64,000 nucleotides of DNA, taken from assembly GCA_965657055.1 (NCBI GenBank), contig CBFHMY010000002.1, forward strand, positions 274-64,273, read 5' to 3'. This document shows positions 1-9,229 of the stretch, piece by piece. Origin of the DNA: an uncultured Aliarcobacter sp. (GTDB lineage Bacteria; Campylobacterota; Campylobacteria; Campylobacterales; Arcobacteraceae). The notes beneath the pieces were generated by a model, which saw only the letters and a program-made list of their open reading frames with translations, was not told the origin of the DNA and made no database searches. A program made the position numbers and the translations under genes. Every line of letters begins with the position of its first letter. Positions within the stretch are counted from its first letter, which is position 1.

Positions 1-994
1 AGTTGATGAAGCCCAAGATATTTCAGATGTGATGATAGGAATTGTAGAGAATCAAACTTGCAGACGTATTTATGTGGGTGATTCTTTTCAACAAATTTAT
101 ACTTTTAGATTCGCTTCAAATGCTTTAAATAAAATAGATTTACCCTCATATGAATTAACAAAAAGCTTTAGATTTGGAGATAATTATGCAAAAATCTTAC
201 AAAACAATCTAAATAGCCTATATTCATTAAACTCATCTAAGCTTTTAAAAATAACAGGATTAGATAAAATAACACAAATAGGAAAAAACCATATAGATTT
301 TAATAAACCCTTTTGTGTAATTGCTAGAAGTACTTTTGGCCTTGTGCAACAACTAGTTTATTTTATCCATGATAAAAAGAAAATATATTTTGAAGGTGGA
401 TATAACTCTTACTCATTTATGAATCAAACTGTTTACTCTATTTTTTATTTAAAACAAAAGAAAAATGACAAAATCACAATTGATGAGATCAAAGATTTTG
501 ATACAATAAGTGAGCTTGAACAGTTTGCAAAAGATACAAAAAATCAAGATTATTTAAATATTATAAAATTCATAAATACCTATGGTGATAATATTTTTGA
601 TATAAATAAGAAAATAAAAGAACATTTAGTAAGTGATAAAAATCAAGCTGATATTATCTTTACAACAACCCATAAATCAAAAGGTTTAGAATACGATCAA
701 GTTATTATGGCTGATGATTTTATTTCAAAAAAAGAGATAGCAAATACAAAAAATAAAATGTCATATCAAAGAGTAAATGAAGAGTTAAATATCTATTATG
801 TAGCAGCCACAAGAGCCAAAAACATAATAGAAATGGCTGATTTAAATCTAAAATATACCTATAATGAAAATGACGAAAGTTCAGCTTTTGTGAAATCACG
901 ATTTATAAGTAAAAGAGCTGATAATAAAAAAAGTAAAGAGCTTCAAGAAGAGTGGTTAAAGAAAAATCGAGTTAATAAAATAAATGCATTTTAA
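1..994 (+). CDS. UvrD/Rep-type superfamily 1 DNA helicase, C-terminal portion (5' end lies outside the window)
   Basis: The frame is open from base 2 (VDEAQDIS = helicase motif II DExQD), ahead of listed ORF 29..994. Further SF1 motifs: VGDSFQQIYTFRFA, TKSFRFG, TTTHKSKGLEYDQV, YYVAATRAKN. Confidence 0.8.
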   Translation, partial: VDEAQDISDVMIGIVENQTCRRIYVGDSFQQIYTFRFASNALNKIDLPSYELTKSFRFGDNYAKILQNNLNSLYSLNSSKLLKITGLDKITQIGKNHIDFNKPFCVIARSTFGLVQQLVYFIHDKKKIYFEGGYNSYSFMNQTVYSIFYLKQKKNDKITIDEIKDFDTISELEQFAKDTKNQDYLNIIKFINTYGDNIFDINKKIKEHLVSDKNQADIIFTTTHKSKGLEYDQVIMADDFISKKEIANTKNKMSYQRVNEELNIYYVAATRAKNIIEMADLNLKYTYNENDESSAFVKSRFISKRADNKKSKELQEEWLKKNRVNKINAF

Positions 995-1057
995 ACTTAA
1001 AGCAATCTATTTACAAATATTTGCTAAAATAATATAAGAAATAAACAAGGGAATTTA

Positions 1058-1804
1058 ATGCAATATTTTGGAACAATTCAAACTAAATATGATGAAATTT
1101 TTTTAACTGAAAGTTATATGTACTTTAATGCAGAAGATGAAGAAATAACAGTTAAAGAATTAAAAGAAAAAATAAAAACAGCAAAAGATAGAAAAAAAAA
1201 TATAGTAGGAACAGTTTTTTTATACAATCCATTGGTAACTCCAGTAGGATTTGATTCAAATAAATATCTACTAGAACAAGATTTTGATAATTTTGATAAA
1301 ATGATTGAACTAAAAGCAGAAACATATATTACTGTTTTTAAACAAGCAATGAGAGAACATTGTGCTGGCAAAATAGTTGAAATAAGAAATTTATTTAACT
1401 TAATAGAAAAAAATATTGATGTTCCTGTTTTACTTGAAAAATTCAATAGTGATTTAGAGAGTTATAACTCTTTTCAAACAACACAATTTGATAGAGATAT
1501 TATGTATCAAGATGCTGCTAATTTAATACCTAATGGTAAGTTTGTTTTCTTTTGTTGGGGAGATAAAATAAAAGAAAAAGAGTTCCCATATATAAATGAT
1601 TATGCAAGAACTCTTTATGAAAATAGTATGAAACTTGGAAAAAAAGTTGTTTATGTTTATAAAAAAGAAAAAACGCAACAAGGAGCTGTAGATTATCTAC
1701 AATTTTCAAACCCTATGCAAAACCATAAATATAAAAATGCAATAATAAATTCAATAAAAAAAGCATTTGAAGAGTTTCCACCTTCTGTGACACCATACGA
1801 ATAG
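1058..1804 (+). CDS. hypothetical protein (no confident family; weak DUF1643-like NP.. and CWG motifs only)
   Basis: 248-aa ORF 64 nt downstream of the helicase gene on the same strand, with GGGAAT-type SD-like sequence before the ATG. No motif I can name with confidence. Confidence 0.5.
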   Translation: MQYFGTIQTKYDEIFLTESYMYFNAEDEEITVKELKEKIKTAKDRKKNIVGTVFLYNPLVTPVGFDSNKYLLEQDFDNFDKMIELKAETYITVFKQAMREHCAGKIVEIRNLFNLIEKNIDVPVLLEKFNSDLESYNSFQTTQFDRDIMYQDAANLIPNGKFVFFCWGDKIKEKEFPYINDYARTLYENSMKLGKKVVYVYKKEKTQQGAVDYLQFSNPMQNHKYKNAIINSIKKAFEEFPPSVTPYE

Positions 1805-1812
1805 GGAGATTT

Positions 1813-3066
1813 ATGGCAAATATTGAATATCTAAAAACCCAAACTGTACTATTTGTAGAAGATGAAGATCTTGCGAGGGAATTACTTGCAAAAATATTAA
1901 CTAAGCTTTTTAAAAAAGTTATAACAGCTGCAAATGGGCAAGAAGGTTTAGATAATTTCAATAAACAAAAAAATACAAAAGAATCTATTGATTTAATAAT
2001 TTCAGATATAAATATGCCTATTATGAATGGTCTTGAAATGTTAGAAAATATTAGAAAAATAGACTCTGATGTTCCTGCGATTTTTGTAACAGCTAGAAAT
2101 GAAACAAATAATATATTAAGAGCAATTGATTTAAATGTTTCTAACTACATAATTAAACCCATCGAAACAGATATTTTATTAGGGAAAATTTTTGATGCTT
2201 GTGAAAAGAATTTTATTCAAAAACAATTGGATGAAAAACAAAAAGAGTTAGCTATTTATTTAGAAGCTGTTGATCGTGTGGCTTTAATTTATAGAATGAA
2301 TGATGAAGGACAGATTACATTTGCAAATAGAGGTCTTTTAGAGGCTTCATTATATTCATTAAAAGAAATAGAAAATTTACATTTTGATGACTTAATTCAT
2401 CCGGATATTCCTAAAGAAGAAATTAATAATACGTGGGAATTTATAAGAGAAGGAAAAATCTGGAGTGGAAATACAAAATTTATAGCAAAAGATAAAGAAG
2501 CATTTTATTTAAAAAATACAATATTCAAAATTAAAACTAATTCAATTGATGAGTATATAACAATTGGATTTTCTACTACAAAAGAAAATAATGAAAAACG
2601 TGAATTTCATAAAAAAGTATTAATGAGTATTCAAGAATTCAATAAAAAAGAGTATTTATATAAAAAAGAAATTGCTGAATTAACAGATAAACTAAAACAG
2701 TTAGAATTATATATTCCAAGAATATATGAAGAATTAGAAGATCAAAAAGCAAAAACAATTAGTAAAAATAGACAGTTAGAACACTATGAAATGCAAATGC
2801 ATAATGTTGATGAAAAATATTATGGGCACATGACTGTAAAAAGCAAAGAAATTGAAGAATATTCAAAAATTATTACTGGTTTAAGACAAGAAAATTCAAA
2901 GCTTAAAGAAAAAAATGAAGCATCAAAAGAAGAAATTATAGCAACCAAAAAAGAGTTATCTCTTCTTATGGAATCAAATAATAGTAAAAATAGAAGAATA
3001 AATGATTTAAGTGATGTAATAAGATCCCTTGAATCTAAAATAAGAGATATTACATCAGAGCAATAA
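1813..3066 (+). CDS. response regulator: receiver domain + PAS domain + long C-terminal coiled coil
   Basis: N-terminus VLFVEDEDLA...DLIISDINMP...FVTA...IIKP is a canonical REC. The middle part (GQITFANRG..., WSGNTKFIAKDKE) is PAS-like. The last ~150 aa are heptad-rich and K/E-rich. Confidence 0.8.
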   Translation: MANIEYLKTQTVLFVEDEDLARELLAKILTKLFKKVITAANGQEGLDNFNKQKNTKESIDLIISDINMPIMNGLEMLENIRKIDSDVPAIFVTARNETNNILRAIDLNVSNYIIKPIETDILLGKIFDACEKNFIQKQLDEKQKELAIYLEAVDRVALIYRMNDEGQITFANRGLLEASLYSLKEIENLHFDDLIHPDIPKEEINNTWEFIREGKIWSGNTKFIAKDKEAFYLKNTIFKIKTNSIDEYITIGFSTTKENNEKREFHKKVLMSIQEFNKKEYLYKKEIAELTDKLKQLELYIPRIYEELEDQKAKTISKNRQLEHYEMQMHNVDEKYYGHMTVKSKEIEEYSKIITGLRQENSKLKEKNEASKEEIIATKKELSLLMESNNSKNRRINDLSDVIRSLESKIRDITSEQ

Positions 3067-3071
3067 TCAGC

Positions 3072-4193
3072 TTATTTTATATTATTTTTTTGAGGAAGGG
3101 CAATTATATACCTTAATCCCTTTTCACTATTATTTACTTTTAAATCCCCAGAAAAACTATTTTTTATTACTAGCTTAACCATATATAATCCTGTTCCTGT
3201 TCCATGGGATTTAGTTGTATAATAAGGATCAAATAATTTTTCTAAACTTTGCAAATTAACACCACCTGCATTATCTTCAATAATCAATATTGTATAAGCA
3301 CTTTTTGATAATACATTAATATTTATCTCTCTATTTTTTGTTTCTCTTTCTTTAAAAGCATCAATAGCATTATTTATAATATTTAAAATAACTTGATCCA
3401 ATTCTGTTTCTATTCCATAAACATTTTGATCACTAATCTCTAAATTTAATTTTATTTGATTTACTTTAAATTGATTGCCCAAAAGCCTTAAAGATCTTTC
3501 AATTGCATCTTTAATACTAAAATTTCTTTTTTGTTTATCTGGATTAAAAAAATCTCTAAAATTGTCAATTGTTTCACTTAGAAATTTTATTTGCTCACTA
3601 GTATTTTTTGAAAAATCATTTACAAATATTTCATCTATCTCATTAAAATCAAAATTATTTTTTACATCACAACAATATAAAGATAAAATGTTTAAAGGTT
3701 GTTTTAACTGATGAGAAATAACACCTATCATTTCTCCCATAGTTGCCATTCGCGATTGGTGAATTAAAATTTTATCTTTTGATATAATTTGAGCTTCATC
3801 TATTTTTTGTTTTTCAAAAATATCAATATAAACTTTTAATTTAGAATTTAGCAAAATATCATGAATAGGCTTGGTTATATACTCAACTGCACCTAAATTA
3901 TAACCTCGTGTTTGATACTCATCTTTATCATAAATACCAGTAATAAAAACAACTGGAATATTTTTTGTTCTATCAATATTTTTTAAATATTCAATAAATT
4001 CAAAACCATCAATTTCTGGCATTTGTACATCTGTAAGAATTAAATCAATATTTTCGTTCATCAATATTTCTATTCCTTCTTGTGCACTAAGAGCTGAAAA
4101 AATATTTACATCAAAACTATCTTCAATCATCATTCTTAAAGAATATATATTTTCAGGGACATCATCAACAAGTAAAAGAGTAAATTTTTCCAT
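3072..4193 (-). CDS. receiver-fused histidine kinase (REC + H-box + HATPase_c)
   Basis: LLLVDDVPEN...LILTDVQMP...ITKP is a REC. The H-box is HQSRMATMGEMIGVISHQLKQPLN. ATPase motifs are NNAIDAF (N box) and GTGTGLYMVK (G2). The start overlaps the upstream kinase stop (TAATG). Confidence 0.85.
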   Translation of the reverse strand: MEKFTLLLVDDVPENIYSLRMMIEDSFDVNIFSALSAQEGIEILMNENIDLILTDVQMPEIDGFEFIEYLKNIDRTKNIPVVFITGIYDKDEYQTRGYNLGAVEYITKPIHDILLNSKLKVYIDIFEKQKIDEAQIISKDKILIHQSRMATMGEMIGVISHQLKQPLNILSLYCCDVKNNFDFNEIDEIFVNDFSKNTSEQIKFLSETIDNFRDFFNPDKQKRNFSIKDAIERSLRLLGNQFKVNQIKLNLEISDQNVYGIETELDQVILNIINNAIDAFKERETKNREININVLSKSAYTILIIEDNAGGVNLQSLEKLFDPYYTTKSHGTGTGLYMVKLVIKNSFSGDLKVNNSEKGLRYIIALPQKNNIK

Positions 4194-5806
4194 TATTTCT
4201 CCAAATTATTTAGAATTTTATTTATCAAATCTGTTTTAGATAAATTTTTATTTATATAGTTATTATTTTCAATAAGATTAAAAGATAAAATTAATAAGTT
4301 TATATTTTTATCTTGACAATAAGATATAAAATCTTCAAGTTCATCATCTAAATCTCTGTCATCTAAAAGCACTAAATCATAAGATTTATCTAACTTTTCA
4401 TAAGACTCTTCTATTGATTTAGAATAATCTAATTTAATCTCTTCTTTTTTTAAAGAAATAGCAATAGGAAAGAAAAAAGCAGGATCACTATTTATAATTA
4501 ATAATTCTTTATTTTTTTCAATAATTGTATCTTTTATATTTACATCTTCCATATCAAAAAATACTATATCTTCAATAATCGTATTATCTTCTTTTGATGA
4601 AATGGTAACTTTATCATCAGAGATATTCTGAATATTTGTTTTTTTAGGTAAGATTAATTCAAAAGTACTACCTTTTTCTAAAGTAGAAAAAGCTTTTATA
4701 TCTCCTCCTAATAAAATTGATAGTTCTTTAGAAATAGCTAAACCAAGACCTGTACCACCATATTTTCTAGTTGTACTTCCGTCTGCTTGTTTAAATCTTT
4801 CGAAAATATGATTTAATTTATCTCTTGCTATTCCAATACCTTCATCAATTACTTTTATTGTAATATCATTAGCATTTTCTTCTAAAAAAACACTTATTGT
4901 TCCTTTAGAAGTAAATTTAATGGCATTACTTAAAAGATTTTTTAAAATTTGTTTTATTCTATGTGAATCACTTAACAGGCTAAGATCTTTCAATAAACAA
5001 TTAAAATCTAAAGAAAGATTTTTTTCATTAGCTAAAGGAGTCATTTCATTTACTAATTCTTCAATCATTTCATGAATATTAATTTTTGATAAATTAAGTG
5101 ACACTTCCCCTGCTTCAATTTTTGAAATATCTAAAATATCATTTATTAAAAGTAATAAATCATTTCCGCATGTATTAATGATTTTCATATTTTTTATTTG
5201 TTCATCATCTAATTTTTTATTTTTATTTTTTCCCATAATTGATGAAATAACAATTATTGAATTTAAGGGAGTTTTTAATTCATGGGACATATTTGCTAGA
5301 AAATCATTTTTATATTTATCTGATTCTATTAATTGTTTTTGTTGCTCTTTTAATTCTTTTGTTAAACTATTAAGCATTGCATTCTTATTTTTCATTCTAT
5401 GAATATTTAAACAAGCATCAATACTAATATTTAGTTTTACTATTAAATCTTGAAACATAGATAATAAAAATTCAAAATTTACATCAGAATCATCATAAAC
5501 AATTGTAAAAGCTCCTTTATCCAAAGGAATTAATAATATTTTTTTATCATCAAAATCAATAAGTTTTGTAAATGATAAATTTTCAATATTTGTTTCTAAT
5601 AATTTTTTATCAAATATGTTTTCTGGAAAATAAGATAAATATAAATAAGATATATTTGATTCATCTAATAGATAAAAAAAACCATTCGAAGCGTTTGTGT
5701 CTTCCACAAAAGTAATCAACACTTCCTTTAACATACGATTTAGATCTAAACTATTACCAATTGAGCTATGACATTTATAAGACAAAGCTAAATGTTCCAT
5801 AAACAT
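4193..5806 (-). CDS. sensor histidine kinase (GAF-like N-terminus, HisKA, HATPase_c, receiver-like C-terminal extension)
   Basis: H-box FLANMSHELKTPLNSI, N box LLSNAIKFT, DEGIGI, GGTGLGLAISK. The C-terminal ~120 aa (LLIINSD...DLVLLDD...LLILS) follow a receiver-like pattern with a degenerate acidic pocket. Confidence 0.85.
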   Translation of the reverse strand: MFMEHLALSYKCHSSIGNSLDLNRMLKEVLITFVEDTNASNGFFYLLDESNISYLYLSYFPENIFDKKLLETNIENLSFTKLIDFDDKKILLIPLDKGAFTIVYDDSDVNFEFLLSMFQDLIVKLNISIDACLNIHRMKNKNAMLNSLTKELKEQQKQLIESDKYKNDFLANMSHELKTPLNSIIVISSIMGKNKNKKLDDEQIKNMKIINTCGNDLLLLINDILDISKIEAGEVSLNLSKINIHEMIEELVNEMTPLANEKNLSLDFNCLLKDLSLLSDSHRIKQILKNLLSNAIKFTSKGTISVFLEENANDITIKVIDEGIGIARDKLNHIFERFKQADGSTTRKYGGTGLGLAISKELSILLGGDIKAFSTLEKGSTFELILPKKTNIQNISDDKVTISSKEDNTIIEDIVFFDMEDVNIKDTIIEKNKELLIINSDPAFFFPIAISLKKEEIKLDYSKSIEESYEKLDKSYDLVLLDDRDLDDELEDFISYCQDKNINLLILSFNLIENNNYINKNLSKTDLINKILNNLEK

Positions 5807-5953
5807 ATATTTACTACCTTTTAAAATTAAATAATTTTTTACTGTCAGAATAATAATACCATAAAAATACTAATTAATCGAATTTTACAGAAATAAAGAT
5901 TTGTATTATAAAATTAAATATGATAGAATAATCAAAAAATTTAAGGTAAGAAT

Positions 5954-6328
5954 ATGAGATTAAAGAAAGTATTATTAAGTATTGGTTTTTTAGGACTTAT
6001 TGGAGCAAATGCTGGTGATTCGAACTCTGTAAAACATTATGGTTTTTCTGCAATATTTGGATTTACAAGTGAAACGATAATTCATAAAAATTTCACAAGT
6101 TTAAATGATATAGAAAAAATTTCTTATGCAACGATATTAGGATCAACACCTGGATTAATAAAAGAGTTAACAGATGACAAATTTTCAAATGAAGATATGG
6201 CTTTTAATGTAGCAGGTGCATTAACAGGAGCTTTATTATCTAATTATATAAATAATAACACTTCAATTTTTATTACTCATAATGAAGAACAAAAAGCAAC
6301 AAAAGTTAATTTAGCGTATAATTTCTAA
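5954..6328 (+). CDS. small secreted or membrane protein (signal peptide), unknown function
   Basis: MRLKKVLLSIGFLGLIGANA is a signal-peptide-like N-terminus. An AAGG SD precedes the ATG and a hairpin terminator follows directly. Confidence 0.5.
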   Translation: MRLKKVLLSIGFLGLIGANAGDSNSVKHYGFSAIFGFTSETIIHKNFTSLNDIEKISYATILGSTPGLIKELTDDKFSNEDMAFNVAGALTGALLSNYINNNTSIFITHNEEQKATKVNLAYNF

Positions 6329-6353
6329 AATTTTTGGATTTTCCAAAAATTTT
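6327..6353 (+). terminator. hairpin terminator after the 5954..6328 gene
   Basis: AAAATTTTTGG-ATTT-TCCAAAAATTTT is a near-perfect inverted repeat overlapping the stop codon. Confidence 0.6.
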
Positions 6354-6377
6354 AGCTAACTTTAATAAACTTATGAT

Positions 6378-6383
6378 TATAAT
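6378..6383 (+). promoter_or_regulatory. candidate -10 box (TATAAT) of the tRNA cluster promoter
   Basis: Perfect TATAAT 18 nt upstream of the first tRNA 5' end. Confidence 0.4.
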
Positions 6384-6401
6384 TCCATCCACTTAAATTA
6401 T

Positions 6402-6476
6402 TGGGGTATCGCCAAGTGGTACGGCAACTGCTTTTGGTGCAGTCATTCCTAGGTTCGAATCCTAGTACCCCATCCA
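6402..6476 (+). tRNA. tRNA-Gln (anticodon UUG)
   Basis: Acceptor stem TGGGGTA/TACCCCA. Anticodon stem ACTGC/GCAGT with loop TTTTGGT (TTG). T-arm GGTTCGAATCC. Encoded CCA. Closely resembles the E. coli tRNA-Gln backbone as I recall it. Confidence 0.9.
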
Positions 6477-6500
6477 TTTAATTTAAGTTTTATTTTCAAC

Positions 6501-6585
6501 GGTGAGGTTGGAGAGTGGTCAAATCCTGCGGACTGTAAATCCGCCGCCTACGGCTTCGAAGGTTCGAATCCTTCTCTCACCACCA
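6501..6585 (+). tRNA. tRNA-Tyr (anticodon GUA), class II long variable arm
   Basis: Acceptor stem GGTGAGG/TCTCACC. Anticodon stem GCGGA/TCCGC with loop CTGTAAA (GTA). Long variable arm, T-arm GGTTCGAATCC, encoded CCA. Confidence 0.9.
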
Positions 6586-6606
6586 CTTTTATTCAAAAGA
6601 AAAAAT

Positions 6607-6682
6607 GGTTCGATAGCTCAGTCGGTAGAGCAAAGGATTGAAAATCCTTGTGTCGACAGTTCGATTCTGTCTCGAACCACCA
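6607..6682 (+). tRNA. tRNA-Phe (anticodon GAA)
   Basis: Acceptor stem GGTTCGA/TCGAACC. D-arm AGCTCAGTCGGTAGAGC. Anticodon stem AAGGA/TCCTT with loop TTGAAAA (GAA). Encoded CCA. Confidence 0.9.
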
Positions 6683-6711
6683 CTTCTTTTGAAGTCTTTA
6701 TATACACATGT

Positions 6712-6798
6712 GCGAGTGTGGCGGAATAGGTAGACGCGCGGGACTTAAAATCCCGTTCCGGTTTCGGAGTGTGAGTTCGATTCTCACCATTCGCACCA
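6712..6798 (+). tRNA. tRNA-Leu (anticodon UAA), class II long variable arm
   Basis: Acceptor stem GCGAGTG/CATTCGC. Anticodon stem CGGGA/TCCCG with loop CTTAAAA (TAA). Long variable arm, T-arm GAGTTCGATTCTC, encoded CCA. Confidence 0.9.
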
Positions 6799-6936
6799 TG
6801 TTATTTTCAAAATAATCATAAAATTCAAATTTCACTTCCAAAGTAAATCTAAACACATTCTTTAAATTAATATAAAAAAATAACTTATTTTTGCTTACAT
6901 TAAAATTCTTTTGCTATTATTTCTATTATTAAAATA

Positions 6937-9156
6937 TTGGAAAAATTATTTATGACAAAAATCCTTATACTTTTTCTTTTTCTTTTTTATTCAAATTTAT
7001 TTGCACAAGAAAAAAAGTTATCCAAAGTATCTTTACAACTACATTGGAAATATCAATTTGAATTTGCAGGTTTTATTGCAGCACGTGAAAAAGGTTTTTA
7101 TAAAGACGTTGGTTTAGATGTTGAATTAAAAGAGTATGAATTAGGCCAGAATATAATAAAAGATGTAATATCAGGAAAATCAAACTATGGTATTTATAAT
7201 TCAAATATTTTAGTAGAATATATAAAAAAAGAACCTATACAACTAATATCTTCATATTTTAAAAGATCTGCACTTGTTCTTATAACAAAACCACACATTA
7301 AATATCCAAAAGATTTACTTGGCAAAAATATAATGGCTGCAGGGAAAAATGATTTTGATTTAAATTTTAATTATATATTTTCTTTACAGAAAATTAAAAT
7401 TGATGACTTAAATCTTATACCCCATAGTTTTGATGTGAAGGATTTTGCGGAAAATAAAGTAGATGCCATGACTGCTTTCATTTCAGATCAACCTTATAAA
7501 CTTGATAAGTTAAATATAAAATATAATATCATCAATCCTAGTGAATATGGATTATTTAACCTACAACTTGAACTTTTTACCTCAGATAAGGAAGTATCAT
7601 TACATAGGAATAGAACAGATGCTTTTAAAAAAGCTAGTTTAAAAGGATGGGAGTATGCTTTAAATAATCCTCAAGAAATTATTGAAATAATTTTAAAAAA
7701 ATATAATACTCAAAATTTAACAAAAGAGTTTTTAGAAAATGAAGCTATTTATACAGATAGATTAATTCTTCCAAAAATGTATGAAATCGGTTCTATTGAT
7801 GAAATGTTTTTATTTAAACAAATAGACGTATTATATAACAAAGTAAATTTTAATTTAAATGAAAAGAAACAGCTTATCAATGATTTTATTTTTTCTTCAA
7901 AAGAAGACTTAGATCTGAAAAAAAATGAAACGAACTATCTTTTACTAAAAAAAGCCATGCCTTTTTTACTAATTATTCTAGTAATATTTATTTTTAGCCA
8001 ATTACTTTTAAAAAAATATAACAAAAAATTAAAAAAAGAAGTTGATGAGAAAACCCTTGAATATAAGAAAAAAAATCAAGAGCTTATTAATGCGAATCAA
8101 AATTTCTTTGATTTATTAAATACAGCCATTGAAGCTATTGCAATATTTGATAAAAATGACAATTTAGTTAAGTTAAACAACTCTGGTAAACTTATGTTTA
8201 ACTACTATTTTAAAAAGAATTCTCAAAATAAAACAATATCAGATTTTATACCTGAAGATTTTATTTCTGAAGTAAAAGATAGATTAAACAATAAAATATT
8301 TGAACAATTTGAAATAAATCTTTTAAGAAGTGACAAAACTATTTTTCCTGGTTTAATAGCTGTTAAAACAATTTTAATAGAAAATAAAAGCCATACTATC
8401 ATTACCATTGTTGATTTAACTCAGATAAAACTTCAAGATCAATTTCTTCAACAACAAGCAAAATTAGCTCAAATGGGTGAACTTTTAAGTATGATTGCAC
8501 ATCAATGGAGACAACCATTAACAGCAATTAGCGCTGCAAGTGAAAATCTGAAATTAAAAACACTATTAAATAAAATAGATCCTGATACTATTAACTCAGC
8601 GACAAATGATATTAATAAATACACAAGCTATCTAAGTAATACAATAAACGATTTTAAAAATTTTTATAAAACTAATAAATCAAAAGAATTAACAACTTTA
8701 AATGAAATGGCTAAAAAATCATTAAATATTATTGAAGATTCAATATCATTTAGAAATATAAAAATCATCAAGAATTTGAATTCAACTTCATCAATTGAAA
8801 CCTTTATGAGCGAAGTAACTCAAGTTATTTTAAGTCTTTTACAAAATGCAGAAGATATTCTTTTAGAAAAACAAATAAAAAATCCATATATAAAAATAAA
8901 TACCTTTGAAGATGAAAAATATTTGTATCTGCAAGTAATTGACAATGGAGGTGGAATTTCTTCAGATATTCTAGATAAAATTTTTGATCCTTATTTTTCA
9001 ACAAAACATGAAAAAAATGGTACAGGATTGGGATTATATTTTGCAAAGAGTATTATAGAAAATAATTGTAATGCTTTGTTAACAGCAAAGAATAATGAAG
9101 ATGAAGCTATTTTTACAATAAAGTTTAATAAAAATAATTTTATTATTATTAATTAA
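6937..9156 (+). CDS. sensor histidine kinase with periplasmic NMT1/SsuA-like substrate-binding domain, TM helix, PAS, H-box and HATPase_c
   Basis: Signal/TM at the N-terminus. SLQLHWKYQFEFAGFIAAREKGFYKDVGLDV is typical of NMT1/THI5-type binding proteins. A second TM (LLIILVIFIF) and a PAS-like segment follow. H-box MGELLSMIAHQWRQPL; DNGGGI and GTGLGLYFAK. Start is TTG 6937 or ATG 6952. Confidence 0.85.
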   Translation: MEKLFMTKILILFLFLFYSNLFAQEKKLSKVSLQLHWKYQFEFAGFIAAREKGFYKDVGLDVELKEYELGQNIIKDVISGKSNYGIYNSNILVEYIKKEPIQLISSYFKRSALVLITKPHIKYPKDLLGKNIMAAGKNDFDLNFNYIFSLQKIKIDDLNLIPHSFDVKDFAENKVDAMTAFISDQPYKLDKLNIKYNIINPSEYGLFNLQLELFTSDKEVSLHRNRTDAFKKASLKGWEYALNNPQEIIEIILKKYNTQNLTKEFLENEAIYTDRLILPKMYEIGSIDEMFLFKQIDVLYNKVNFNLNEKKQLINDFIFSSKEDLDLKKNETNYLLLKKAMPFLLIILVIFIFSQLLLKKYNKKLKKEVDEKTLEYKKKNQELINANQNFFDLLNTAIEAIAIFDKNDNLVKLNNSGKLMFNYYFKKNSQNKTISDFIPEDFISEVKDRLNNKIFEQFEINLLRSDKTIFPGLIAVKTILIENKSHTIITIVDLTQIKLQDQFLQQQAKLAQMGELLSMIAHQWRQPLTAISAASENLKLKTLLNKIDPDTINSATNDINKYTSYLSNTINDFKNFYKTNKSKELTTLNEMAKKSLNIIEDSISFRNIKIIKNLNSTSSIETFMSEVTQVILSLLQNAEDILLEKQIKNPYIKINTFEDEKYLYLQVIDNGGGISSDILDKIFDPYFSTKHEKNGTGLGLYFAKSIIENNCNALLTAKNNEDEAIFTIKFNKNNFIIIN
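7990..9156 (+). repeat. copy 1 of duplicated PAS/transmitter module (about 1.15 kb) shared by the two adjacent kinase genes
   Basis: Protein segments align colinearly with only scattered substitutions (e.g. AKLAQMGELLSMIAHQWRQPLTAISAASENLKLKT versus SKLAQMGELLSMIAHQWRQPLTAISAASENLKLKT). Long near-identical nucleotide runs are visible. Confidence 0.8.
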
Positions 9157-9229
9157 ATAAAAAAAAATTGTTAACCAATTTTTTATATATTAGGTGTTAT
9201 CATATCTAAAATGATCTAAAGGATTATAT

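Noticed and set aside
6502-6729. 75-aa ORF in the six-frame track.
   Set aside because: It lies entirely across tRNA-Tyr, tRNA-Phe and the start of tRNA-Leu. The tRNA cloverleaves are unambiguous, so the ORF is an artefact.
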